Part shown: positions 9,377 through 18,613 of the stretch, in pieces
Layout: every line of letters starts with the position of its first letter
Position numbering within the stretch: position 1 is the first letter of the stretch
DNA from: Candidatus Saccharimonadota bacterium
Lineage (GTDB): Bacteria; Pseudomonadota; Gammaproteobacteria; Johnevansiales; Johnevansiaceae
Assembly: GCF_902713755.1 (NCBI RefSeq)
Contig: NZ_LR744089.1
Strand: one strand, 5' to 3'
DNA: 32,000 bases
Made by a program: the position numbers and the translations under genes
Notes under the pieces: generated by a model
Databases searched by the model: none
What the model was told of the DNA's origin: nothing
The model's input: the letters and a program-made list of their open reading frames with translations, nothing else

Positions 9377-9433
9377 CCGTTGTAACTGTTTACTGCTCAC
9401 GATCTTTTGTATGTTGACTAGCTTTACCTAAAT

Positions 9434-9506
9434 GGTGGATGATGGGTATCGAACCCACGACACACGGAGCCACAATCCGGAGCTCTACCACTGAGCTACA
9501 CCCACC
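9434..9506 (-). tRNA. tRNA-His (anticodon GUG) with encoded G-1, no encoded CCA
   Basis: The reverse complement reads G-GTGGGTG-TAGCTCAGTGGTAGAGC-T-CCGGA-TTGTGGC-TCCGT...GTGGG-TTCGATA-CCCAT-CATCCAC-C. It closely resembles E. coli tRNA-His as I recall it. The extra 5' G pairs with C73. Confidence 0.9.
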
Positions 9507-9509
9507 AAA

Positions 9510-9583
9510 TACGTCCAGCAGGAATTGAACCTGCAACCTACGACTTAGAAGGCCGTTGCTCTATCCTATTGAGCTATGGACGC
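9510..9583 (-). tRNA. tRNA-Arg (anticodon UCU), no encoded CCA
   Basis: The reverse complement reads GCGTCCA-TAGCTCAATAGGATAGAGCA-ACGGC-CTTCTAA-GTCGT-AGGTT-GCAGG-TTCAATT-CCTGC-TGGACGT-A. It resembles E. coli argU. It sits 3 nt from tRNA-His. Confidence 0.9.
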
Positions 9584-9586
9584 ATA

Positions 9587-9660
9587 TCGGAGTAGAGGGA
9601 TTTGAACCCCCGACACCCTACTCCCAAAGTAGGTACGCTACCTGACTGCGCTATACTCCG
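9587..9660 (-). tRNA. tRNA-Pro (anticodon UGG), no encoded CCA
   Basis: The reverse complement reads CGGAGTA-TAGCGCAGTCAGGTAGCGTA-CCTAC-TTTGGGA-GTAGG-GTGTC-GGGGG-TTCAAAT-CCCTC-TACTCCG-A. It sits 3 nt from tRNA-Arg and 4 nt downstream of the cysS stop. Confidence 0.9.
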
Positions 9661-9664
9661 TGGA

Positions 9665-11026
9665 TTAACTATAAAACCAAATATTTCTTTTAAATGTATC
9701 TTTAAAAACAACATCAAATTTATTTAAATAATTTCTTAATTTATCTGATTGTAAAAAATTTTTTTCCTTTTTAGCAATATTACGTTTTAATATCAATTTT
9801 TCAATTTGTTTTATATTTAATAATATTTTTTTTTTAAAAACATTTTTTGGTAATGACTTTAAAATTCCTATTAGATTTCCTAAACGTATTAATTCAAAAC
9901 ATAAATATTGAGCTTTTTTGATTTTACCTAAATGAAAACTATTTTTTAGTTTATATAATATATCAAATAAAATATAAATTGCTTTTACTGTATTCAAATC
10001 ATTTTCTAATGCTAAAATAAATTTATTATAAAATAAATTATTATTTTTTCCTTTTATTGGTGTAATAATATTTAGTATTTTATAAAATCTTTTTAATGAA
10101 TTAAAAGCCATATCTAAGGAATATTTAGTATAATTGATTGATTTTCTATAATGCGTTAAAAGAAAAAAATATTTAATTACTTCATTATGATATTGTTTTA
10201 AAATTTTACGTAATACTATAATATTATTTAAAGATTTAGACATTTTTTTATCATTTATATTTATATGCCCTGAATGTATCCATATATTAACATGTGGTTT
10301 ACAAAAAATTAATTCACTTTGAGCTTTTTCATTTTCATGATGGGGAAAAATTAAGTCTAACCCCCCACCATGAATATCAAATTTATTACCTAAATATATT
10401 TTTGATAACACTGAACATTCAATATGCCATCCTGGCAAACCCACACTCCACGGAGAATCCCAACCATATTTATAATTTGTTTTTTTCCATAAACTAAAAT
10501 CTAATTTATTTTTTTTATATTTATCTTTTTTAATACTTACAACTAAATTTTTTACGGTTTGATTACTTAATATACCATATATATTATGTTTATTTATTTT
10601 AAAATAAACATTACCTTTATTTATATATGCATAATCTTTTTTTATTAATTTATTTATATAATATATTATAATATTTTTATATTTACTCACTTTAGGTTCA
10701 TAATCAGGAGACAATAAACATAATTGTTTTTCATCTTTATATATTGAAGTAATAATTCTTTTTGTTAATCTATTTATAGATTCTTTATTTTTTATAGATT
10801 TATTTATAATTTTTTTATCTATATCAGTTATATTTCTTACATACGTTATTTTATAGCCTCTACTTTTTAAATATTTATTTATTAAATAAAAAACAAACAT
10901 ATTTCTTCCATGACCAAGATGGCAATAATCATATACCGTAATACCACAAACATATGTTTTTAATTTATTATATTTTATAGGAATTAATAAATCTTTATAA
11001 TTCTTTAATGTATTATATATAAACAA
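9665..11026 (-). CDS. cysS: Cysteinyl-tRNA synthetase
   Basis: 453 aa. Class I signatures HLGHGRN (HIGH) and KMSKS (DKKMSKSLNN). Also the WHIECS zinc/cysteine-site motif. Confidence 0.94.
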   Translation of the reverse strand: MFIYNTLKNYKDLLIPIKYNKLKTYVCGITVYDYCHLGHGRNMFVFYLINKYLKSRGYKITYVRNITDIDKKIINKSIKNKESINRLTKRIITSIYKDEKQLCLLSPDYEPKVSKYKNIIIYYINKLIKKDYAYINKGNVYFKINKHNIYGILSNQTVKNLVVSIKKDKYKKNKLDFSLWKKTNYKYGWDSPWSVGLPGWHIECSVLSKIYLGNKFDIHGGGLDLIFPHHENEKAQSELIFCKPHVNIWIHSGHININDKKMSKSLNNIIVLRKILKQYHNEVIKYFFLLTHYRKSINYTKYSLDMAFNSLKRFYKILNIITPIKGKNNNLFYNKFILALENDLNTVKAIYILFDILYKLKNSFHLGKIKKAQYLCFELIRLGNLIGILKSLPKNVFKKKILLNIKQIEKLILKRNIAKKEKNFLQSDKLRNYLNKFDVVFKDTFKRNIWFYS

Positions 11027-11035
11027 TGAATCACC

Positions 11036-12616
11036 TTAAGTTTTTAAACTTATAATCTTATTAAACACTAAATTATTTTTATTATAATCATATCTATCAG
11101 CACAAAAATAACCCACTCTTTCAAATTGTACTTTTGTTTCAGGTTTTATATTATCTAATATAGGTTCACATATAGATTTAGTAATTTTTAAAGAATTTTT
11201 ATTAATATTGTTTTTTAATAAATTTTTATAATGACGTATTTCAACTTTTACCCCATGTTTCACACTTACCCAATGAATTACTCCTTTTATTTTTTTTCCT
11301 TCAAGATTTTTATTTTTAGTATTTAAATAAACAATACCTTGGATTTCTTTTATCTTTTTATTTTTCAAATAAATAATTTTCTTACATTTTATTATATAAG
11401 AATGACGTAAACGTACTTTTGTTCCTAGCGATAATCTAAAAAACTTTTTTTTTGGACTACTATTAAAATCATTTAAATCTATCCAAATTTCTCTATTAAA
11501 AAATAAACTTCTAGTACCCATTTCTATAAACGGATGATTTCTAACGTTAATTAATTCTTCATAATCTACAATTAAATTCGTTAATACTAATTTTATTGGA
11601 TTAATTACACACATTACTCTACTAACTTTATTTTCTAAATCAGAACGTATAACATAATATTGCATATTTATATCTATAATATTATTTGATCTTGTGATCC
11701 CTGTTATTTTACATAATTTATTTAAAGACGATGGAGTATAACCCCTACGTCTCATTCCCGAAACCGTTGATAATCTAGGATCATCCCACCCACAAATAAT
11801 TTTTTTATCTATTAATAATTTTATTTTTCTTTTAGAAGTTAACGAATAATTTATATTCATTCTAGAAAATTCTATTTGTTTTGGATATTTTAATTTATTA
11901 TTTAAAATATTTTTAATAAACCATTGATATAACTTTCGATTATTTTCAAATTCTAATGTACATATTGAATGTGTTATTCCTTCTAATATATCAGATTGAC
12001 CATGAGTAAAATCATAAGACGGATATATTTTCCATTTATTTCCAGTTCTATAATGATAAACGTTTATAATACGATACATTATAGGATCTCTTAAATTGAT
12101 ATTCTTAGATTTCATATCAATTTTTGCACGCAACACTTTATTACCTTCTTTAACAAAACCCTTATACATTTTTTTAAATAAAAAAATGTTGTCTTTTATA
12201 CTACGATTTCTATAAGGACTATTATATCCAAAGGATTTAAAATCACCTCTATATTTTTTTATTTCTGTTATAGATAAATCATCAACATAAGCATTACCTT
12301 TTTTTATTAACAATAAAGCCCATTCATATAATTTATTAAAATAATTAGAAGCATAATAAATATTATGAAATTTATATCCTAACCAATGGATATCTTCTAA
12401 AACAGAATTAATATATATATTATTTTCTTTAATAGGATTCGTATCATCAAATCGAATATAACATTTTCCATTAAAATATTTTGATAAACTATAATTTACC
12501 CATATTGCTTTAACATGACCAATATGTAAACAACCATTGGGTTCAGGAGAAAACCTAGTAATAATTATTTTTTTAAACATAATTCGATTTGTTATTTCTT
12601 TAATAATTTTTATCAT
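11036..12616 (-). CDS. glnS: Glutaminyl-tRNA synthetase
   Basis: 526 aa. TRFSPEPNGCLHIGHVKA (HIGH) and LTSKRKI (the MSK-type motif), with GlnRS-like overall length. The ATG at 12616 overlaps the aroE stop by 17 nt. An internal Met at 12580 is an alternative start. Confidence 0.93.
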   Translation of the reverse strand: MIKIIKEITNRIMFKKIIITRFSPEPNGCLHIGHVKAIWVNYSLSKYFNGKCYIRFDDTNPIKENNIYINSVLEDIHWLGYKFHNIYYASNYFNKLYEWALLLIKKGNAYVDDLSITEIKKYRGDFKSFGYNSPYRNRSIKDNIFLFKKMYKGFVKEGNKVLRAKIDMKSKNINLRDPIMYRIINVYHYRTGNKWKIYPSYDFTHGQSDILEGITHSICTLEFENNRKLYQWFIKNILNNKLKYPKQIEFSRMNINYSLTSKRKIKLLIDKKIICGWDDPRLSTVSGMRRRGYTPSSLNKLCKITGITRSNNIIDINMQYYVIRSDLENKVSRVMCVINPIKLVLTNLIVDYEELINVRNHPFIEMGTRSLFFNREIWIDLNDFNSSPKKKFFRLSLGTKVRLRHSYIIKCKKIIYLKNKKIKEIQGIVYLNTKNKNLEGKKIKGVIHWVSVKHGVKVEIRHYKNLLKNNINKNSLKITKSICEPILDNIKPETKVQFERVGYFCADRYDYNKNNLVFNKIISLKT

Positions 12617-13451
12617 TAACTAATCCATTATTATTTAACATAATACGTAATATTCTATGTAAGTTTTTAGTATTAGGACGTATATTATTTAATAAAAAAT
12701 ACGTTTCAGCACCTTGTTCTATTAACATACCTAAACCATCATATATTTTAGCGTTATTAGTTTTTGCAAATTTTAAAAAATTAGTCATTCTTTTTGAATA
12801 CATTAAATCATAAGCTATAGTGTTTTTAAAAATATTTTTATATAAAAATATTTTATCTTTTTTTATACTTAAACTTGTACCATTGATTATAACATCAAAA
12901 GACTTTTTATTTTTTAATTCCTCATATTTACAAAATTTAATTATATTATTTAAATTAAATCTATTTATGATGTCTTTACATTTTACTAATGTCCTATTAA
13001 CTAAATAAATTTTATTAGGACCTAAATCTAATAATTGTTGTATTATACTATTTATTGCACCTCCTGCTCCTAATAAAAGAATACGTTTATTTAATATTTT
13101 TATTTTTAATCGATTAAAATCTCTTATTAAACCTACTCCATCTGTTGTATCTCCATATATATTTGTTTTATTTATTATTAAAGTATTTACTGCTCCTGCA
13201 ATTTTAGCTCTATAAGATATTTTATTAGCTATTTTAATTGCATATTGTTTATATGGTATGGTAATATTAATACCTATACCACCACATTTTAACAATTTTA
13301 TCCATTCTTGTTTAAATTTTTTTTTATTTATAATATTTATAGCTTTATAATATAAAAAAATATTATTTTTTTTACCAAAATAACTGTGTATTATAGGAGA
13401 TAAAGAATGTTTGATTGGTTTACCAAAAACACAAATAAGTTTTTTTTTCAT
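12600..13451 (-). CDS. aroE: Shikimate 5-dehydrogenase
   Basis: 283 aa. N-terminal FGKPIKHSLSPIIHSYF matches the AroE G-x-P-x-x-HS-x-SP signature. LLGAGGA forms the nucleotide-binding loop. Confidence 0.9.
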   Translation of the reverse strand: MKKKLICVFGKPIKHSLSPIIHSYFGKKNNIFLYYKAINIINKKKFKQEWIKLLKCGGIGINITIPYKQYAIKIANKISYRAKIAGAVNTLIINKTNIYGDTTDGVGLIRDFNRLKIKILNKRILLLGAGGAINSIIQQLLDLGPNKIYLVNRTLVKCKDIINRFNLNNIIKFCKYEELKNKKSFDVIINGTSLSIKKDKIFLYKNIFKNTIAYDLMYSKRMTNFLKFAKTNNAKIYDGLGMLIEQGAETYFLLNNIRPNTKNLHRILRIMLNNNGLVNDKNY

Positions 13452-13465
13452 TATATAAATCTCAT

Positions 13466-13921
13466 ATGAAAATATTAAAATACCCAGATAAACGTCTTAA
13501 CATTATAGCAAAACCAATTAAAAATATAAATAATAATATAAAAAATTTAGTTTTCAATATGATTAATACCATGTATGCCCATAACGGTATAGGGTTAGCA
13601 GCTACACAAATCAATAAACATATTCGTATATTTGTTATGGATATTAGTAAAACTTATAATCAACCATTAATTATTATTAATCCAAAATATACCTTTGTAA
13701 ATACTAAATATAAAAAAGTTAAAGAGGGATGTTTATCTATACCTAATTATTTTGAATATATTTATAGATCTATTAATATTATTATAAATGCAATAGATAT
13801 AAATGGTAATAATTTTATTATTAATGCTTATGGAAAAATTGCACAATGTATACAGCATGAAATTGATCATTTAAATGGTAAATTATTAATAGATAATTTA
13901 TCAAAAAAACATAAAGGATAA
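13466..13921 (+). CDS. def: Peptide deformylase
   Basis: 151 aa. All three PDF motifs are present: GIGLAATQ, EGCLSIP and QHEIDHLNG. Confidence 0.95.
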   Translation: MKILKYPDKRLNIIAKPIKNINNNIKNLVFNMINTMYAHNGIGLAATQINKHIRIFVMDISKTYNQPLIIINPKYTFVNTKYKKVKEGCLSIPNYFEYIYRSINIIINAIDINGNNFIINAYGKIAQCIQHEIDHLNGKLLIDNLSKKHKG

Positions 13922-13926
13922 CAAAT

Positions 13927-14895
13927 ATGAATCAATTATCATTAGTTGGTGATATTGGAGGAACTAATGTTCGTTTAGCTTTAGTATCATCAAATCAATT
14001 TAATCTTTATAAAATAAAAATATTTAAATGTATTAATTATATTAATATTTTTGAAGTTATAAAAAAATATATCTCTTTAGTAGATTGTGATTATCCTAAA
14101 TATGCTTGTTTAGCTTTTGCCTGTCCTGTTAATTATAATTTAATAAAAATGACAAATAATTCTTGGCAAATAAAAAAATATGAATTAAAACATAAAATGA
14201 AATTACAAAAATTAAAAATAATAAACGATTTTACTGCAACAGCTTTAGGATTACCTCATATTCAAACAAAAGATTTATATAAAATTGGATATGGAAAAAA
14301 TAATAATACTAGTAATAAAATTTTAATAGGACCAGGTACTGGATTAGGAATTGCAGGTTTAATTCCTAATAAACAAAAATTATGGATACCAATTTCTGGT
14401 GAAGGGGGTCATATCAGTTTTGCACCAATTGATCCATTTGAAATATATATTTTAAATTGGTTTAAAAAAATTTATAAGCGTGTTTCTATTGAACGTATAC
14501 TTTGTGGACAAGGAATAGTTGATTTATATAATGCACATGTTAATTATTATTTCAACAAATATAAAAATATTTTAACAACACCTGAGGCAATTACAAAAGC
14601 AGCTTTAAATAAAGAAGATCCTTTAGCATATAAAACCATTATGAGATTTTGTAAAATATTAGGTCATGTAACTGGTGATATGGCTTTAACTTTAGGCGCT
14701 AAAGGAGGAGTATATTTATGTGGAGGAATATTACCTAGAATAATAAATATATTAGATAATAGTGAATTTCGTATTTCTTTTTACAATAAAGGAAGAATGA
14801 GTTGTTATAATAAAGAAATTTCAACTTGGTTAGTAAAATCTAAATGGATAGGATTATTAGGAGCAGCTGATGCTTTATTTAACAACAATATTTAA
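13927..14895 (+). CDS. glk: Glucokinase
   Basis: 322 aa. N-terminal LVGDIGGTNVRLAL ATP-binding motif, GPGTGLG, and LCGGI near the C-terminus. Length matches bacterial Glk. Confidence 0.9.
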   Translation: MNQLSLVGDIGGTNVRLALVSSNQFNLYKIKIFKCINYINIFEVIKKYISLVDCDYPKYACLAFACPVNYNLIKMTNNSWQIKKYELKHKMKLQKLKIINDFTATALGLPHIQTKDLYKIGYGKNNNTSNKILIGPGTGLGIAGLIPNKQKLWIPISGEGGHISFAPIDPFEIYILNWFKKIYKRVSIERILCGQGIVDLYNAHVNYYFNKYKNILTTPEAITKAALNKEDPLAYKTIMRFCKILGHVTGDMALTLGAKGGVYLCGGILPRIINILDNSEFRISFYNKGRMSCYNKEISTWLVKSKWIGLLGAADALFNNNI

Positions 14896-16283
14896 ATATT
14901 AGGTCCCCATGTAAAAGATTTATAATAATATATAGGAATATTTTTTTGTTTCCAAAGATAAATAAGTTTATCTATCCATCTCCATGAATAATCAATTTCT
15001 TCTTTACTAACAAATAAATCTTGTTTTCCTTTTATAACCTCTAAAATTAAAAATTCATATGAATCTAAGTTATTAGAGTTTTTATTATTTAAAGACATTT
15101 GATTTAAATTGAATGTATTAAAAATATTTTTATTCAAAATATTTATAGTTATATCTTCTTTTGGTTGTAAATTAATTATCAATTTATTATTTAATTCATA
15201 ATTAAATAGATTTTTATTAAAATATATTTTTATTTGTGATAATTTTTTTTTTAACCGTTTTCCTGATATTAAAATAAAAGGAATACCATACCAATAAAAA
15301 TTATTTATTTTTGTTTTTATTGAAATAAATGTTTCAGTAGATGAATTTTTATTTGAATTTTTTTCTTCAAGATATCCATTAAAAATTTTTTTATTCAATT
15401 TATTTGAAATATATTGTCCATAATTTATATCAACCGTTAAAAAACTATTATTTAAATCTTTTAATAATTTTATTTTTTCTTTATATATATTTTTATAATC
15501 AAATTGTTTTGGTACACATATAGTAAGCATAGATAATATTTGTATTAAATGATTTTGTACCATATCTCGTAATTGTCCTGTTTTATCAAAATACCCCCAA
15601 CGATCTTCTATACCTAATTTTTCAGCTAAAATTATCTTAATATGTGTAATATATTTTTTATTCCATATATTATAAAAAATAGGATTTAAAAATCTTAAAT
15701 CTAATAAATTTTTTACTTGTCTTTTACCTAAATAATGATCTATACGAAAAATACAATTTTCAAAAAAAATATTATTAATATAATTATTTATATTTATTGA
15801 ACTTTTTAAATTAAAACCAATTGGTTTTTCTAATATGATTTTAGCATTTATTGTTATACATTTATTTAAATTAAGATATTTACAAATAATTTTAAATAAA
15901 TTACTAGATACTGATAAATAAAATATCAATGGTAAATTTTTTTTTAATAACCAATTTTTTATATATTTATAATGTGTTATATTGGTGAAATCTATATTTA
16001 AATAATATAAACATTTTATAAACTTAATAATATTAACTAATTCTTTTTTATTGTTAATATATTTATTTTTTATTAATCTTTTATATATTTTATATCTAAA
16101 TTTATTTACATTTATAACTTTCCATGCTAAACATAATATATTTATTTTGTTATTTATTAATTTTTTTTTATATAATATAAATAATGAATTATATAATTTT
16201 CTTAAAGCTAAATCTCCTAAAGCACCAAATAATACAAAAGTTAAATTTGTTATTTTTTTTACAATTAATTTCATTAAAATCAT
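14892..16283 (-). CDS. zwf: Glucose-6-phosphate 1-dehydrogenase
   Basis: 463 aa. FGALGDLALRKL dinucleotide-binding motif, RIDHYLGK active-site motif, and DMVQNHLIQIL. It overlaps the glk stop by 4 nt (convergent, TTAA). Confidence 0.93.
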   Translation of the reverse strand: MILMKLIVKKITNLTFVLFGALGDLALRKLYNSLFILYKKKLINNKINILCLAWKVINVNKFRYKIYKRLIKNKYINNKKELVNIIKFIKCLYYLNIDFTNITHYKYIKNWLLKKNLPLIFYLSVSSNLFKIICKYLNLNKCITINAKIILEKPIGFNLKSSININNYINNIFFENCIFRIDHYLGKRQVKNLLDLRFLNPIFYNIWNKKYITHIKIILAEKLGIEDRWGYFDKTGQLRDMVQNHLIQILSMLTICVPKQFDYKNIYKEKIKLLKDLNNSFLTVDINYGQYISNKLNKKIFNGYLEEKNSNKNSSTETFISIKTKINNFYWYGIPFILISGKRLKKKLSQIKIYFNKNLFNYELNNKLIINLQPKEDITINILNKNIFNTFNLNQMSLNNKNSNNLDSYEFLILEVIKGKQDLFVSKEEIDYSWRWIDKLIYLWKQKNIPIYYYKSFTWGPNI

Positions 16284-16341
16284 CTCCTAAAAAAATAAAT
16301 ATAATTATATTATAATAATAACATACAAATTAATAAAGATT

Positions 16342-17754
16342 ATGGAGATTAGTTATATGTTAAAACTTTTCACACAAAATATAAATGTTAAAACTAAAAT
16401 AGTACCTTTAGTATGGATAAGTTGTAGTATAGTTGCTTTAGTAGGTATTTTATTTGGTATGGATATAGGGGTTATTTCAGGTGTATTACCTTTTATAACC
16501 AAAGAATTTAATTTATCTAATAATATGGCTGGCTGGATAGTAGGTTCAATGATGGGCGGAGCATCTATAGGTGCTTTAGCTACTTGTATTATTTCACAAC
16601 AATTAGGTAGAAAAAAATCATTATTACTTAGTTCAATATTATTTTGTATTGGCGCTGTAATAGCTGTATTTTCAAAATCTACTATAATATTAATAATCGC
16701 TCGTATAATTATTGGATTGTCGGTAGGCTCTGCATCTTTTACAGCACCTTTATATTTAGCTGAAATTACTCCCAAAAGTATTAGAGGAATGACAATATCA
16801 TTATATCAATTTATGGTTACTATAGGTATACTTTTAGCTTTTATATCAAACCTTATTTTTAGTTATTTTCAAAGTTGGAGAAGTATGTTTGGAATATTAA
16901 TTTTTCCTTCAATAATTTTATTTTTTGGCATATTAATAATTCCTGATAGTCCTCGATGGTTAGCTTCTACAAATAAAAAAAATGAAGCAATCAAAATATT
17001 AAAAAAATTAAGATATTCTAATTTTGAAGTTAATAAAGAAATAAAAGAAATTTTTAATAGTATAAAATATAAAAATCAAATTTTTGGATGGAATTTATTT
17101 AAACAAAATATTAATTTTCGTAGATCTGTAATTTTAGGAATTATTTTACAAATTATACAGCAATTTACAGGTATGAATGTTATGATGTATTTTTCTCCTA
17201 AAATTTTTGAAATTGCTGGCTTTATAGGAACTAAAAATCAATTATTAAGTACTTTGCTTGTAGGTTTAGTAAATGTATTAGCAACTCTAATAGCTATTAT
17301 ATCAGTAGATAAATTAGGTAGAAAACCTATTTTATATATAGGTTTCACTATTATGGCGATAGGAATGTCAATATTAAGTTTAGTTTTATATGGGCATATA
17401 GGGCATCAATATTTATCTATCATTTCATTATTAATATTTGTTGCTGGTTTTGCTATGTCAGCTGGCCCTATAATATGGATTATATGTGCAGAAATTCAAC
17501 CGTTATATGGACGCGATTTTGGAATTAGTTGTTCAACAATAGCAAACTGGTTAGCTAATATGTTACTGGGAACTTTCTTTTTAACTATACTTAGTAAATT
17601 GGGTGGACCAATGACTTTTATTCTATTAGCTTTAGCTAATATATCTTTTATCATATTTACAATATTTGTAATTCCTGAAACAAAAGGAATTTCATTAGAA
17701 CAAATAGAAAAAAATTTAATGAATGGAAAATCGTTACGTAATTTAGGAAAATAA
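16342..17754 (+). CDS. galP: MFS sugar porter, GalP/AraE-like hexose:H+ symporter
   Basis: 470 aa. It matches E. coli GalP along its length as I recall it: LFGMDIGVISGVLPFI, GRKKSLL, PLYLAEITPKSIRG, PDSPRWL, QQFTGMNVMMYF, and PETKG near the C-terminus. The real start may be the ATG at 16357, because the first codons ATGGAG supply a GGAG Shine-Dalgarno 9 nt upstream of it. Confidence 0.88.
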   Translation: MEISYMLKLFTQNINVKTKIVPLVWISCSIVALVGILFGMDIGVISGVLPFITKEFNLSNNMAGWIVGSMMGGASIGALATCIISQQLGRKKSLLLSSILFCIGAVIAVFSKSTIILIIARIIIGLSVGSASFTAPLYLAEITPKSIRGMTISLYQFMVTIGILLAFISNLIFSYFQSWRSMFGILIFPSIILFFGILIIPDSPRWLASTNKKNEAIKILKKLRYSNFEVNKEIKEIFNSIKYKNQIFGWNLFKQNINFRRSVILGIILQIIQQFTGMNVMMYFSPKIFEIAGFIGTKNQLLSTLLVGLVNVLATLIAIISVDKLGRKPILYIGFTIMAIGMSILSLVLYGHIGHQYLSIISLLIFVAGFAMSAGPIIWIICAEIQPLYGRDFGISCSTIANWLANMLLGTFFLTILSKLGGPMTFILLALANISFIIFTIFVIPETKGISLEQIEKNLMNGKSLRNLGK

Positions 17755-17755
17755 A

Positions 17756-18613
17756 TTATGTTATTAATTCATTTAAAATATTTAAAGTAGGTTCTATTTT
17801 ATTTAATGTATAAAAATGTAACCCTGGAGCTCCACCTTTAATCAAAATTTCACATAATTTTATAACAATTTCTTTACCAATATTTTCTATGTCATTTTTA
17901 GTTTTACAAGATTCTAATTTTTTATATATCCATTTAGGAATATTAGCACCACATTTGTTTGAAAACTTTATTAAGTTTTTTACATTTATTATAGGCATAA
18001 TACCTGGAATGATAGGTTTATCAATACCATATTTACTAACTTTCTCTAAAAAATAAAAATATGAATCTGGATCATAAAAATATTGTGTAATTGCCTTATT
18101 TGCTCCAAACAAAAATTTTTTTATAATAAAACAAACTTCTTTTTCAAAATTTATAGTATTAGGATGCATTTCTGGATAAGCTGATACTATTATTTCAAAC
18201 TTTTTATAAAACTTTTTATTTATTAATGTTATTAGATCTAGTGAATTAATAAAATTATTTTTTTTTAGTTTATCATTTTTATTCATATCGCCTCTCAGTG
18301 CTAAAATTGTTTTTATTCCTAATTTTTTATAAATATTTATAATTTTTATTATTTCCTTTTTAGTATTTGATATACAAGATAAATGTGGCACACATTCTAT
18401 ATTGTTGTTTTTTATATTTTTTATAACCTCTAAAGTTTTTCTTTTATTTGATCCTCCAGCTCCAAAAGTAATTGAACAAAAAGTTATATTTATTTTTTTA
18501 TATAACGTTTTTATTAAACTTAGTAATTCTTTTATTTTATAAGTTTCGTTAGGTGGAAAAAATTCGAAACTAATTTCTAATTCATTTTTATTCATATTTT
18601 TCTTAATTTTCAT
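17756..18613 (-). CDS. metF: 5,10-methylenetetrahydrofolate reductase
   Basis: 285 aa. Motifs SFEFFPP, TFGAGGS and LHFYTLN are typical of MetF. Confidence 0.9.
   Translation of the reverse strand: MKIKKNMNKNELEISFEFFPPNETYKIKELLSLIKTLYKKINITFCSITFGAGGSNKRKTLEVIKNIKNNNIECVPHLSCISNTKKEIIKIINIYKKLGIKTILALRGDMNKNDKLKKNNFINSLDLITLINKKFYKKFEIIVSAYPEMHPNTINFEKEVCFIIKKFLFGANKAITQYFYDPDSYFYFLEKVSKYGIDKPIIPGIMPIINVKNLIKFSNKCGANIPKWIYKKLESCKTKNDIENIGKEIVIKLCEILIKGGAPGLHFYTLNKIEPTLNILNELIT

Noticed and set aside
9377-9433. The spacer considered as a 4.5S (SRP) RNA or a degraded tRNA-Leu.
   Set aside because: It shares only CTGTTTAC with E. coli 4.5S RNA. It lacks the conserved GGAA tetraloop and AGCAG domain IV core, and it is too short. 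No acceptor, T-arm or anticodon-arm pairing could be found for a tRNA.
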